The translations under genes were made by a program, and so were the position numbers. DNA of 64,000 nt from assembly GCA_028534125.1 (NCBI GenBank), contig CM052816.1:66404001-66468000 (forward strand), read 5' to 3'. Under the pieces are notes generated by a model that was not told where the DNA came from, did no database searches, and saw nothing but the letters and a program-made list of their open reading frames with translations. The DNA comes from Lama glama (Eukaryota). Each line of letters opens with the position of its first letter. Within the stretch, counting starts at the first letter, position 1. Below, piece by piece: positions 13,830-27,875 of the stretch.

Positions 13830-14034
13830 AAAAGGTTTGCTCTTTTCTCTCCCTATAAACCCACAGCAGGCCTGGAAGTCCGACAGTCACCCACGAGAGA
13901 ACGTCGCCTCAGCTTTGCTGGATGGCTTTCTGGTGTGAAGCTTGTCCCGTTGGCAGGGCTTTTTCCCAGGAAACCTCATGTATAACAAAGTAACCTTAAA
14001 AACTCATCAGAAGAGCCAACTCATGTGTACACAA

Positions 14035-14145
14035 CTTCATTCTTTTAAAGAAGCTTTATGGAGAGCTAGTATGTGTCAGGGACTGCCGGGTGTTCAGGAT
14101 ACAAAATTACTAAATAAATGCATTGTCCACTGCCCTTCAAGAAAT
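14035..14145 (-). mobile_element. L2 3' end
   Basis: ttcattc...tttatggagagctagtatgtgtcagg...ggatacaaa...tgcccttcaaga. Confidence 0.6.
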
Positions 14146-14544
14146 GGAGAAAGAAGCTGTTTTTTCAGTATCAGTTACCACATGACACGCTAGGTGCAGG
14201 GAGAAAAGGTGCTAGAACAGAGACAGTCCCTGACTCCACCTTGGGATGGGCATGGGTGCTGCTCCAGAGGCCACCTATAACCTCAAAGAAAACAGCCAAA
14301 CAAGTCATCCAGCCTGCCACCAGGGGAACAAGCCATCAGGCTTCACCTGTACAAAGGGTTCCTCATGAGACTCTGTGCCGGCAGAGTGTCCTTCAGCCTC
14401 CGGAGACCAGCTCCTGTCCTGCCCAGATCACAATAGGCAAAGCAAAGGCACCTGACGTCGCTGTCTGGAGCCACTCCCCGGGAGAAGACCGTTCCTTATC
14501 TCAGGCCCTGCCCAACCAGCGGGGTCCATGGCGTCTGCCTCGGC

Positions 14545-14870
14545 CCCATTCTGTTCCCTCTGCCTGGAACCCCCCTCCCCAAACCATTCCTCTCTGCTCT
14601 CAGGGCTCAGAGAAGTTACTGCTTCTTATTCCAGAAAACATTCCCACGTCTCTCCCGTAAACGTGAGATTCTCATTTTCCGTGCTCCCGTGAGACCCATT
14701 TCTCAGTTACTTCTAGTCTGTCACAAGCCACACTAATGACTCTGTCTTATATTTTCACTCTTGTCTGCTTGAAGAAGACAGATCCACATCTTCCTCATTG
14801 TACACAGCACCTGGCAGACAGCGGGTGTTCCCAACAGCACTGATGGGTGGGTGCATGCATGAAAGGAAGA
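14545..14870 (+). mobile_element. L2 fragment
   Basis: ctgttccctctgcctggaac...cacagcacctggcagacagc. Confidence 0.55.
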
Positions 14871-16094
14871 ATGTTGTGCCCTTACTTCTGTGTTGCCTTT
14901 AAAGGACCCCCAGGACTCCCTCAGCCACCCCCTCAGAGTAATGGGAGCCGTGTTTCCTCCTCCAGCTAGCTGTACTTCAGGCATATGTGTAAATCTGAAG
15001 CATATTTTTCCTATTAGAAGCGAGACACATGATTGATCATGGAAATACACGCTCTGCACATTCATTTAGGAGAGCGACAAGAGAAAATTAGAAGCCAGTG
15101 ATCTCTCAATTTGTATTCTGTGGCATTTTTAATCAGCCGGTGGCGCTCGCTGACGTGCTAAAGCCTAATAAACGTTGCAGAGGGAGGCCCGCTCGGTCTC
15201 CTGGAGCCTGAGTGATCCTAGGACGTCTACTGAGGGCCTTGCAGCCATGTTCAAGAGCCTCCCTCCCAATCACATCTCTTTTCCCTTTGACACTGTCTTG
15301 GGAATAACATCCCCCAAGTGACAATTGCTTTTGATCATCAATCACTCTCTTGTTACCATTACTTGATTCTTGAACCACCCAATTTGGTTATTAACCAACA
15401 AATAGCCAGGTTCGCCCTTCATCTGTAAATGCGACGCTGAGGCACAGGCTTGCATCGCCGTGCTCTCCGGTCTGATTTTCCCAGCCCTCCTGGGGCCCAC
15501 TTTCCAACGTGATGAGAGCCTGCAGCAGTGGGAGCTCAGCTAGTGCTGATGGTAACAATGTCTTCTCATTCTGATCAAATATTTTAAATAATGTTAACTT
15601 TAGAAATAGTAGGAAAATGAGGAACTCAATTGTAAATGAAGCAGGAGAGATGGTCAGGATGGAAACATTTCTTCTCCCTTCGTCCTGTATCCTTTCACCC
15701 AGGGAGCATCAGCGAGTGGAACATGCCTGGCCTCTCTTTCCCTCACTCAACTCGGCCCAGTGACTCACCTGATTAGTGGGTTTGGGGAAAACAAAAGCCA
15801 ACAAATGAAAAAGCTTCTTAAAGCAGGTTCTCTCTCTGTTCTGTTCCTCAGAGAGGGGCCTAAGTGGACCATTACCTTCTATGACTGGCAGATAAGTCTA
15901 ACTCTGGGAACTTCACACCTAAGCCACGGTCTCCAATATCTGCCTTATACATAATAAAAGTGATTTTTTAAAATTACCTCTATCTGTTAACTATTTTATC
16001 CTTTTTTCTCATTTTCCCCTCAAAATTCAGCCAGGAAAGAGTTTATAACATAACCGTTTATGTTTGGAAAATACCTGACCAATGGTTGGTTTGC

Positions 16095-16270
16095 AGGAGT
16101 GTGGTAATTAAGAATTAAGAACACAGGCTTCCTAGGTTCATCTCCCAGCTCTGCCATTTATCAGCTGTGAGCTCTAAGTCCTTGTGCACATAACACCTCT
16201 GTACCTCAGTTTCCCCTTTACAAATGGGGGCAATAATAATGCCCACTCATAGGGTTACTGTGAGTACACT
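16095..16270 (+). mobile_element. MIR SINE
   Basis: taggttcatctcccagctctgccattta...taacacctctgtacctcagtttcc...ctcatagggttactgtgag. Confidence 0.8.
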
Positions 16271-16409
16271 CCACCCGGTCTAGCCTAACACATGCTTCTA
16301 TGAGCTATTTCTGTTATCATTAAGCCATGCCATTTGCCTGATGGGGATACCTTGGCTGTTGACTTAACATGGATTCTATACATGGTGAACTGTTTGGCTT
16401 GAACCATTA

Positions 16410-16575
16410 CTAAATCATAGACTACTAGAACCAAAAGGGATCCGAGAAATCTTAGCTTTAGGCCCGAGCTCAGTGGAAGATGAGACAGAGGCCCAGAGAT
16501 CTGAAGTAACTCACCCAAGGCTGCACATGACAGGTCCCAGGCCTGTCTGGACACCTGGCCCACTGATTCTCCCTC
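16410..16575 (-). mobile_element. MIR/MIR3 SINE
   Basis: gatgagacagaggcccagaga...gaagtaactcacccaagg. Confidence 0.65.
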
Positions 16576-17904
16576 TCCCCTAGCGGCTTGTCTCACAATT
16601 GTGATTTCTGTTACCTGCACTCGTCACACTCGCTCTACTTGCCCATTTAATGCACTTGTGAAATCTAGTCACCAACTACATTGCACCTAAGAGAACATAG
16701 TACCAGGCCTCAATAAAGTTTGGAGCATTACAATAACAACAAGAACAGATATTGCTCCCTGAGCCTCTGTTAGGGAAAGCTCAAGCCTGACTTGCCCAGG
16801 ACAATCCATGTACGAGAAAGCCCATTACAAAAGCAGTGTTCTTGATTTACTCACATCCTTGTACTGCTTTGTTCTTTAAAACCCAGACCATTTTTAAAGC
16901 CAGATATTTCCTTGTTGATCGTTTCTCTAACCCCCCTTCTTCCCCCGTTACGGAACTCACTCTGCTGTTTGCAACATCCCAGGGACTGCACACTAAATAT
17001 AGTATTGAAATAAAACCTCTGCGAAGCTAATGAACTATTTTATGGAGATAGAGGCAGAAAACCTTCTCAGGGGTGGTGTTGCAATTAATTGGATGTGGCC
17101 TCACAAAGACACGATTTCAGAAACAGGCAATTTACAACAGGACATTTAAAAGGTCACATAGGATGGCCTGAAAGGTAGAAAATGATTACTTTCAATCTTG
17201 TATTGACGTGGATGGCAGATCAGGCGTTTTAATGTATGTTTTCAACTGAGTGCAGTTTGCCTAAAGTTCCAAAATGAAAATGTGACATATTTGCCAATAA
17301 TCTGTCTGAAGAGCTAATTCTTAATTATATACCACTGAGAATCTGATACCTGTCATGTGGGAACCTTAGAATTCTCAAGTACAGGACAGGTGGTCAGGTA
17401 CACTAGCAGATAATTTCAGTCATAACAGCTAAAAGAGCATTGTCCTTTAAAACTTTCAATATTAGTTCCAATATGGAATAATCCTTTTTGGTGAATATAG
17501 GATAAATGACACAATGGATCAATAACAATTAGCCAGATTATTTTTAGGCATGTTCAAGTATTCTGCTACTGGTGACGCCTGTGGCTATTTTTAGAAACCA
17601 AGTAAAGAATAACTTTTTTTGTTACTCTTTCTACCTATCTTCAGGAATTGTTCTTCTATTTCATTATTTATGGAAATTGGAATCCAAGTTAAGTTGGCCA
17701 CAATGTTACCAAGTCATAGAGCCAACTGGATGCAGATTATGAAATTAAGACAATGAGCATCAATTTTCATCTCTATCAAAGTGTGTCTAAATTGACAAAG
17801 CAATGCTGTTTTTTTCTTCTACAAATTACTGGCTTTTATGAAGTAATATATGTAGAATATATAGGCAAAAAATATTTTATTAATAATTTTATGAGAAATT
17901 GAGC

Positions 17905-18145
17905 CAGACAGTAGCCTAATTGATAAGAGTATGAGATCTGTGAAGTGGATTCAAAACCTAGCTCTACCACTACCTAGCTGATGACTATAAGGGAATCACT
18001 TAACTCCTCTGAGCCTCAGTCATCCCTTACGGGAATAGTGATACTGACTTTACAGCGTGAAGATTTCATAGTCATTTCATGTCAGATGCCTCACCCAGTG
18101 CTGGCATGACAGGTGGAAGACAGTCCCTAAACATTAGTCCTCATT
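17905..18145 (+). mobile_element. MIR SINE
   Basis: ctagctctaccactacctagctg...tcacttaactcctctgagcctcagt. Confidence 0.8.
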
Positions 18146-18204
18146 ATGACATCAGAGGACACCAAGGAGCTGGGACATCTCAGTTTTTAAGGAAACTTAG
18201 TTCC

Positions 18205-18735
18205 CGTTTTAGATTATTAATCTTGAGTGTCCAGTGGGTCTCATGCATGGTACAGGGGTCAAGAACAGATAATTACATTTTGGAGATATAAACAGGTCAA
18301 ATGGATTATCTAGGAAGACTGAGTAGAGGTGAAAAAGGAAAAGATCAAAGGAAAAATCCAGGAAGTGCCAACATTTATGGGATGAGCAGAGAGGAAAAAC
18401 TAATAAAGACAGCTAGAAGAAATGGTCAGAGAGCTGAAAGAACTAGGAAAGGCTGAGAGCATGGACCCCAAGGCAGATCCAAAGAAAAGGTAGTTGAGTA
18501 TAAAGAGGATGAGACCTGGAAACAGGTCTTTGTAGTTGATACTTAGGATATAATTTCCAGCCTTAGTGTGAACAACTTCACTGACCTCTGGGGATGGAAG
18601 CCAAACTGAACAGACAGGAAGAATGAATGTGCCCCAGGAAGAGGGGACAGAATGGTGGGCAGTTTCAAGAAGGCTGGCAGGGGAGGGGAGAAGGAAGCAA
18701 GGGCAGTTAGCTCAGGAGGGAAATGAGCGGAGAGG
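18205..18735 (-). mobile_element. L2 fragment
   Basis: Purine-rich antisense L2: ccaacatttatggg...gaaatggtcagagag...gggatggaagccaaactg. Confidence 0.65.
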
Positions 18736-18744
18736 GTGATGGGT

Positions 18745-18930
18745 GGGCACGGCCCAGTCTATTAACTGTTCACTGACATCTGCCTTGTTTCCTGCTAAGT
18801 GTACAGCTAGTCTCTGTTTTCCAGCCTCTCATGGTTACGTGCCTCCATTTAGCTAATTCTTGTCAAAGGAATGTAGGTTGAAAATATATATGGATTTGAA
18901 GCCAGTATTTTTAGTAAGCAGGAGTGTCTT
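18745..18930 (+). mobile_element. MaLR LTR fragment (MLT1-like)
   Basis: acagctagtctctgttttccagcctc...aattcttgtcaaaggaatgtagg. Confidence 0.55.
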
Positions 18931-21194
18931 CTGCCAGGACTCCAGAAGCAGCCTTGCCTCACGATTCATGAGCCCCAGCTCCACACCCTAGGAGCCTCTC
19001 TGTGCTTGTTAACTCCACGGTCTCATCTGATGTTGGCACCAGGCAGGATGCCCTCCTGGGAAAACCTACAGTCTTTGCAACCTACTTTCTATTAGTATCA
19101 AGGCTTGTTTTTTAAAAAAAAAAGTCACAGACTTATTTTTGCCAGGGTCCTGATTTTATATGTATATATAGAGAGAGTAGTATAATTTCCTCAAAACCTA
19201 AAGAGGCTTCTAATCTTTTTGTATGCAGTCAAGTCCAAAGTTTGTCCTTTGACATAGTTCTCAAGAATGCTTTATGACAGGCTTTTTTTTTTTCACTACC
19301 TTAGGAATTATATACACTTTGTAGCTCAACCAGGAAACTAACCGTTTCTGTAACATTTTTAAATAAGAAATTTGTCCTAAATTCCAAATGCTGATGTAAC
19401 AATTAATATCTGGAGGTCCGCACATGTTTAAGATAGAGATTGTGTATCAGATAAATGTCTGGGACTTGTTTTGAAATGTTTGGAATACAACACAATGAGG
19501 ATACTGGTGGTTCTAGTCTACCTGGGGTGCCGAGAGTAACAGACGCTTATAATGAGGGGGTGATCAATCAGAACACAACTCCATCATCTCTTCTCTTGTT
19601 ATTTCCAGATGGATTCCTGTTTCTCTTAATGACTTTTCCCACCTTGGGCTTACTTGCACTATAATTGGAGGGCTCATTCTGACACTTTCTCAGGTGAGAG
19701 AATGAGGACAGGAGCAAGTTTAATGCATAGGACAGGGTGGAAGCAGCCTTCCAGCTCTAAGTCCCACTGACTACTGAGCACAGCTACTCCAGCAGCACAA
19801 TCCCCTCCTTCATTTGCTTGAGAATCAAGGCATGTTCTGCTCATACAATTAATCTTACTCTGAGAAAAATTGACAAAGCACACTTGATCCTCTTAGATGA
19901 AGTTGATTACAAGTGTTGACAGCCAGCCTTCAAGGGAGATCAAAAGCAGCAGAAGCAATTTATTCACTCACATGACTCCAGGATGCTTGGTCTGATGGGA
20001 TAAACCACAATCCACGGAAAGATCTGATGAACAGATTTATTTCCTTGTTCTTAAAGCCTTAGAGCAAAATATGAGCAACATAACTCAATTAAAACTAATT
20101 TCTGGAAGTCCCCCTGTTACATGACTGAAAAGTTAGTATACCTACAATATTGCACCTGATTCCTAGTTTATAACAAAAGAACTACCGTTCCCATTTTATA
20201 ATGTAAGTGCAGCTAGAATTCCTACTGGAAGAGGCACCCTCCCTGACAACACCATCCCTGAAAGACACCTGGTATTTTATTCTGCTCTTCCATTTCAGGA
20301 GTTCTTAGACCATGCTAATGAGAGAATTTCTAGAGCCATACATTTCAGCCACATCTTATATACCACCTGAAGCAGGACAGCTCCAAATAACAACAGCATT
20401 GAGCATCACAGTAATTACTATTTTTAATCACTTCCTCACGGTAGGTTGGCTCATAAATTTTAATGGAGCTCTTTCCGCAGTAGTGATTGCCAACCTTCCT
20501 GGCATTTGTGAGATAAATGTTTATCCAAATAGAAATAATGTGGTTGAGTAATTTCATAGTCAGACTGAATGTTCCCTTCCCTTAGTCTCCCTAGAGGTTA
20601 CCTTTAATGCGTAGCGTTTCAGGGGTGGAAGGTGATGGTTATCCTACTTTGGGAGTTGTGATGTCCATACATTGACTCCTGGTAATCATCTTCCTGGCAG
20701 AGATGTAGGTTGGTGCAAAACAGTTCCTGGGCAGGCAGACAAATGTACTGCCAGTAGAAGGAAGCTCAATTCTTTCCAAGAGCCAGGAAAAGGCTTGACT
20801 CCAGGAAAGGAATTAGGACAGGTTTCTCTCCCTTCCCTCCTCTGGAGTCACTATTAGCTAGAAAGGGGGTGAGAGAGAAATCAACCATATGTTACGAAGA
20901 CACCAAGAATAGAATGTGCCTTTGCAAAAAGAATGATAAGCACAAGTGGATTTTTACACTGCACCTGTGTATACAGTAGATTCCACTTATGTAGTGAACT
21001 CCTCTAGTGCCTTCAAAAATTACTGATTATTTGACAGAGTCTGGAGACACAGAGATTGGAAAGGTTTGGGATCCCTGATGGTCAAACACTGTCGGGAAAG
21101 GAAGAGGAAACAGCTTTATAATTATAAAGGAGATCTTTGAGAAAATAGTTTATTTCACCCAAGTACAATTCACTGGATGTTTTAAAGAAGATAT

Positions 21195-21722
21195 TATTTG
21201 AATTTGAGTTTTTCTAAAAGCAGAGCCTCAGAGAACTTGGAGCAGGTGGTATATTTGGGAGGTGATCCTGGGAAACAGCAGTGAAGTAAGAGAGAGAAGG
21301 GGACAGGGAGAAACAGACTGGGAAGAAAAGATGAAAGTAAAGATAGATTATTGGGGTCACTGGGATTGACAATGGGCTGTCAATACTGCTATCATCTTCT
21401 GAATAGCATACAGAAAGCTTTTCAGAGTTGTCCATCTAAAAGACAATAGGCTGGAGGATTCATCTCCTGGCTCTGGTCCTCTACTAACTGAGGGTTGTTG
21501 TGGGGTTGGGGGATGAGTCTCGGCTTTGCACTTGCTGGCTGTGCTTGCAAGCCTGGACCTAGTGAGCTGTGCTGCAAGAGAAAGCCCCAGGGCAGAATAC
21601 AGAAAGCTGAGAACGATATGCTTGAGGTGGACACTAAGTGTGCACAGATCTGTCCACTGCAGGTGAAAATCAGAAGCAAGCCAAGGAAAGGGCGGGCGTT
21701 TAAGGGCATCTGCTAATCACAT
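21195..21722 (-). mobile_element. ERVL LTR (LTR16-like)
   Basis: aagcagagcctcaga...tatttgggaggtgatcctgggaaaca resembles the antisense LTR16-family 3' end. Confidence 0.7.
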
Positions 21723-22014
21723 CCACTGAATAAGGAAAGATCATTTTAGAGTGATGATGTCAATTGCACAGAGAGCTGCTAACAGTGTTCCCTATTCTTC
21801 TTTCTAAAGGTGTGTCCACATTTAATGCCCCAGGTGAGATAGAATATGTTTCCTGCTATTTTCAATTCTGAACGTTGTTCTGAAGTGTTTGCTTTACAGG
21901 TTTTTAGTCTTTGTTGAAGTTTACATTATACTTGACACCTAACACATCTGTCTGAGTTGTAAAGTGGATTATTATTTCAGAATTGTTTTGACAATAGTAT
22001 GGCTTATCTTTTGA

Positions 22015-22860
22015 AACGCTCATTTTAAAGGAAATAATTGATAGATATGACTACATAAAAATGAAAGGGAAAAAAAAAGGTTTGCCCAAAACATGCTATC
22101 AACAAAATTAAAGGCAAACAATTAGAAAAAAACTTATTTGCAAAAAAAGAAAAAAAAGTTTATTTTGCAGGAAAAAAAGTGTCACAAGTCAATAAGATTA
22201 AAGATGAATAGCAGAAAAGCTAGTGACTTAGGTAAGAAGAAAATGTAAATGGCAAATAAATATTTGGAAAAGACACTCCAAGGGATGAAGGTCAAAATTT
22301 CAATGTAAAATTGGCAATCAAAAGAACGATCACGCTGTCTATTGCAGGGTCCAACCAAATGGGCCTCTGTCTCCTGTTTTTTGGCGTGTAGAGTCTCGGA
22401 GTACCTCTGTTCCATCAACTTGGCAACATAAATTTAAAAACAGAAAAATTATATTTCCTAGGGTTTATCCATCCACACAAAGAGGTAAATTCTGTAAGGA
22501 GGTATCAATGCAAATTCCCATTATTTACAATGGCAAAAAGAAAACTCAGAAGAAAAAAGAAAACTAGTGATAAGCAATAAATACATTTTTCTTATGTTGG
22601 TACTTAAAATCAGGCTTTCAAAATGTATTTAAACATTTTAGAAAAGGTTCATAACAGAGAAGTGAAAACAGTTGGTGATATAGCATGTACTTTGTTTTTT
22701 AAATATGGACTATACATATAGAACAAACTGGAAAGCCATACACCAAACTATTAATAGCTATCTTTGGGTAGTAACATTTCTTATGATTTCCTTTCTACTT
22801 TTCTATATTTACTTTTTTTTTTTTACAATGCCCACATGTACTTTTAAAAGACCAAGCAAA
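22015..22860 (+). mobile_element. Old L1 (L1ME-like) remnants
   Basis: attgatagatatgactacataaaaatgaaa...aaatggcaaataaatatttggaaaaga...catacaccaaactattaatag. Confidence 0.7.
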
Positions 22861-25800
22861 ACTAATTATTTTTCAAAAAAATCTACTTCAGTGTTAAAAT
22901 TAATTATGACTAAGCTTTGAGTGGGTGGCTCCAACTGCTTTTTCTGTCTCCCCTCCTTTTCTTTTAGAAGTTTTTATCTTCTAAAGGAAAATACAGTACA
23001 TCCAAAATTTAAAATTACTCTAAATCTACATCTATTCTTCTTCAGTTAAGTCTTTTTACAGGAAAATTCCAGAAAGAATTTGAAGGGATCAGGGATAGAG
23101 ATACTGGATTTGTTTTTTTCCGTTCTAGCACCAGAATATACAAGGACAATGAATTATCTAGTCATGTCAAGAGAGGATGAGAGCAGGAGAGAAAGAAGAA
23201 GAGAAAGAAAGAAGTCCATACGAAGAGACAGAGGAGTAGGTACAGAATTACAGAAAATGGTTAGGTTTGGTTTTCTTTCTTGAGTCATACAAATCAGAAA
23301 GACCATTAAAAGATTATTCAACGTGTTGGTTTCCCAAATATGATACTTCTATGTATAAGAAAATAGCAGGACTGGGGAACTGGAAGAAAAGCGTTTAAAT
23401 CAACTCAAACTAAAAAGTGAAAATGGAAAAGAATATTTTGTGAATAAAAGAAATTAAAGGATAATGCTTTCTCCCCATGTCCAGGTCCCTTCCATGAGTA
23501 CTGTCCAATAACTGTAAATCTGACAGGAAAAGCAATCTGATGCCTTACCCAAAGTTTCTTTCCTAATCCTATTTCTGATTCCCATATGCCCCTTAGCAGT
23601 TTTTACAACATTCTAAGGTGGTGTATTAAATATACAAAAGTTATGCAAAAGTATAAAATTAAGAAAAGCACGTAAAACGTTTTGATATAATCAAAAATAA
23701 GAAAGTTGAAATTCTCATATGCCCTTTTAAAAAAATTTCATATGTATGCATGTTTATTTTTAAGTTTTTTTTTATTATTTGCCCTTTCTTTTTGGTGATC
23801 CGTCACTGCCTTCTCATGGCAACATTGCTCCCCTGAGGATTGCAAAGGAGACGACTCCGAGGATTATGATTCACCATTTGTGGGTGAATCATTTGTCATC
23901 CTGGTCTGGCACATTTTTTCCCTCTTTGTTTGATCTTGCCTCATTAGAGACAGCTGAGAAAATGATCTTAATTGAAAATAGGCTGGAGGAAGCATTTGCT
24001 GAATGTGAAGTCCAAATAATGGGCTGGGATACAGGGGGTCAAATCATAAAACCCAAGAGCATGAGTGCAGGCAGATCAATACGGTGAAGCAGAAGTAAAG
24101 AAAGGAACAAGAGAGCAAAAGCAAAGCGATGGTTGACTAAGAGGCATGCACACAGGACGCGTGTCCAAAGACAGGACTCAAAGTTCACTTGCCCAGAATC
24201 TGTACAGACATCAGCGTTCAGGGGCAGGAGTACTGTGATGTTAGGGAAGGAGGTCTAGGCAGGAATCCGCCCACAAGAGAACTGGAGTGGAGGCTAGAGG
24301 CGCCCAGAAATTTTCAATCTCTAGGAAATGGGGATCCCAGGAAGACCAGATAGATGATCTACTTGAAATTAAGCAGGTGAACAAGTATGTTTGGATTTTA
24401 TACAGTCCCTTCATCCAAGAAGGACTGGTCTCAGAGTAAGGGTGGAGGCAAAATAGTAAGTAATTATTTCAGCTGTCCCAAGTCTGCAGGTTTGACAGCT
24501 CCAGGAGCAATAAGTCTAGCAGATAATTAACATAATGCTCTATTCTCTGTGGTCCTCTCTCTAACTTTCCTTTTTTTTTAGATTTTCTGTTTCATATACT
24601 CAAAGACTTCCAGTGTCTTCTTATAATCGATTCCCCAAACATAATGATAAACTACATAACCAGAATTAAATAACATGTTAATGTAGATGTAACACATGCC
24701 CCTTCCTATTACTTCCTGCTGTTCTCATTATCAAGCCCCAGGTGCCACCCACCAGCCAGTGAACTGCACTCCCCAGAGCTCCCTGTTAGCTCTGCTGTGA
24801 TCACGGACCACCTCCTGAAACTGTAAAAGAAGGGTTAGTTCATTTTCCTTTCTGTGTCAGGATAGGAAGCAAAAGCTAAGAGACAGTCATTCAAGAGGTA
24901 CAGTGTGCTCTAGCCTGCAGCCTCAGGGGCTGCGGGAGGAAGTCAAAGAGAATCTGAAGATGGACAAACCCTGGTCCTGACACGTAAGTGTACCAGCAGG
25001 GCTTTCTGGGTCCACACACAATTAGTCTAATTTTGATTCCTAGGATGACAATTCTGAGTCTGGGTGAAAAAAATATCCAACTCTGTGAAACCATTCCTGT
25101 AAATGCAGAGATCTACTCTGCACAGCAAATGACACAACTTAAAAAAAAATCTTAGAGGCAGGAGCAGCCTTTCTAATTCATCAATTCAGTACTCACTTTC
25201 TTTACACTACTGCACCCAGATTAAGATGTAATCATTTAGACAGCTTCTGTTAAGGATGGACTGCAAACAAATACATGTAACAGAGTCCATGTTTGATGAA
25301 ACACGATATTCTTTCTCCTGCGTTTGACCATAAGCTTTTCATTTGGCCATTTTAGTACCACTTTTCCTATTTTGTCCTCGAGGAAACTAGAGAAGAGTTT
25401 ACATTCACATCAGTATTCCAGCATTGTGTCTCCAGGATGTCTTATCCATTCAATGCATAAACACAGGGACAACAGAGTTCCTTGCCACCTCTTGGAATGT
25501 TCTTACATCAAGTACCTCCCCCTCTACCACAGGCACCCAAATTGAACTGAATTCAATTTGACAATGCACTTTTTTCAAAATGTGTTGCTCTTTTGCATAC
25601 ATGCTCTCCTTTCCTATCTCTATCACTGATATTTTAGTCCAACTACGAGTGTTGATCTTAAATGACTTTCCCTTCTGCTGTGAGGATCAGCAATCTCTGA
25701 CACATTGTTACTACTTTGAGTTTCTTCCCACTGCTCCAGAAAGGAAGTCTAAACATGGGTGAACCCAGGTTTTGTGAGGCCTGAGGTTCATACAATTTGT

Positions 25801-26009
25801 GGTCCCCTAGCACCTTACAGAACGTACAGCATCTCTCAGATAGGGGGTCACAGAGGTATGTTCCTCAGTGGTGATGGCGAGGCATTTTGTCTTGGTTTTC
25901 TTATATTAACAGGACAAAAATCTCAAAATGACAAAGTACAACTTTCTGAGATTGGATGTGGAGATTTTTACTGTGTCCAAGCCACAGAGTGGTGAGAACT
26001 AACCTTGAT

Positions 26010-26205
26010 TGTCTTACTATCTACCAGGCGCTATGTTAAGTGATGTACACGCTCATTAGTACTCATCAGCATATCATGAGGGTGATACTCTAACAGTGCT
26101 CATTTTACAGATGAAGTCACTGTGGCTGAGAGAGGTCAGGAAGGCATGATTCAGGAAGGCAGTCTGACACCAGGGCTGCGTCCCTAACCAGGATGCTGTA
26201 CTGGC
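26010..26205 (-). mobile_element. MIR SINE
   Basis: cattttacagatgaagtcactgtggctgagagaggt. Confidence 0.75.
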
Positions 26206-27693
26206 TCCTGTGAAGCATGGACTTTTCCAGGGAATCTGCTTTCCCTGGGTAATATTTCCTCCAACTTTTAAAAGGTGTGAATAAATATCCCTCAACCTGG
26301 ACAACTGAAATAATGGGAACAAAGAATGGTGATGACTAAGAGAATTGAAAATAGGTGGGTAAAATTTAGGAGTACAATCAAATAGACTTGACAACCAAGT
26401 ATCTATAGAGTAAAGTCGCATGATTAGAACTCTGTTAGACAAAAACACACTCATTGAGGCACAAAGTATGTGCTGATGTCTCCTGTGGGCCAGTCATCAC
26501 CAGTGCTGAGACTTACAAGTTGAATAATGCAGTCTATGACTCCTCCGTAGAAGCTTAAAATTTAGTGGAAGAAAAAGGAAGTCAAAAACTAAATGACAAA
26601 TTGTTCATGTAACTATCAGTCAATAATACAACTTTTAATCAGATATGGCAAGTTTTATTTCTCGCTCTCATCTTAATTTGTTCCTTTTCTCTATCTGAAA
26701 AGAATGTCTATCAAAATGTTTCTCCTCGCACTGCTGAATCTTCATCACGAATACACAAATTAGAAGATTAGAGTCCTGGTAGGTACCCCTGAGGGTGAGA
26801 TGTCTGAAGCCTTGCCCGCCCCTCCAGTTTCCTTCCCATCGCCTGGTTCTAGGGGCCCCTGGGCTCTCTCTGTAAGAGCTCCCATCTCCCGGGGGCATGC
26901 CTCATGGACAGAGCTAGTGAGAGACATGTCTGTGTGTTCCCCAGGCAACACATTCTAAATGATATTATAGAGCACACTGAGCTCTCCCTGCCCTCATCCC
27001 AGTAGTGGGTTAGGAAGTTGAAGGAATGGACTCTGGGCTCCCCATTTACTTAAAACAGGTCAGTTTCCTCTAGTCATTGGGACTTTGCATATACCTGCCT
27101 TGAAGATAATACGACTTCATAACTTTAAAAATATTTGAACATTACTGTGGCAAAAGTTAACAAGTTTGAGGTAAGAAAACTCTCTTTGCTTGAGACCCAG
27201 AGAGTACTGGAATCTTCCCATTTTAATCATGACATATTCCAAGACACAGAATAGAAAACCGAGCTGACGGGGACTGGGGAGAGAATATGTGCAGATCTTT
27301 GTATCTAAGAACAGCAGGGAAAGGGAGGAGTCAGAAGCAAAGTCGGCCACCAGTGGGGAGTGGGACTGCATTTGGTCTAAGAGAAAGGATTTGGGCAGGC
27401 AGGGAGAGAGAAAGGGAGGAAGAGGATGGTGGACCCGCTGGAGGCCCTGAAACTTCCACACTGTTCTCCCAAGCACATATACCCTCCAGCCGGAAGCCAC
27501 ATTTGGGTCAATCTAGGACTGTTCTCTGACACAGGAAATCAGGAGGAAATCAGATCTGAGAAGAGTACCCAAGTCTGCCCCTCCCACATCTATCCTTGAC
27601 CTTAACAGCGACAGTAGCCTTACCTCCACTCGACATGAGCGGACACCATGTGACAGGAGTACGTTAGTCCACTTGGAACCTGTTCCCTAGAAC

Positions 27694-27875
27694 AGCAGTT
27701 ATCAAACTTTACAGCATCAGACTCACCTGGGAAACCTGTTAGAAATCCAGACTCCCTGGTTCTGCCTACAGAGAGATCTGGACTCAGCGGTCTCGGGATC
27801 GAGCTTTTTAACAAATTCTCCAAATGATTCTGACAAAGGCCTGCCTCTAGGACCACACTTGGAGGACTACCTCTC
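27694..27875. mobile_element. MER5A-like hAT-Charlie MITE
   Basis: cagcagttatcaaactt...gcatcagactcacctggg...tttttaacaaattctccaaatgattctga...ggaccacacttggag. Confidence 0.8.

Noticed and set aside
14118..14660. Longest ORF in the track (180 aa)
   Set aside because: No recognisable domain; overlaps L2 remnants at both ends and is antisense in an intron, consistent with chance.
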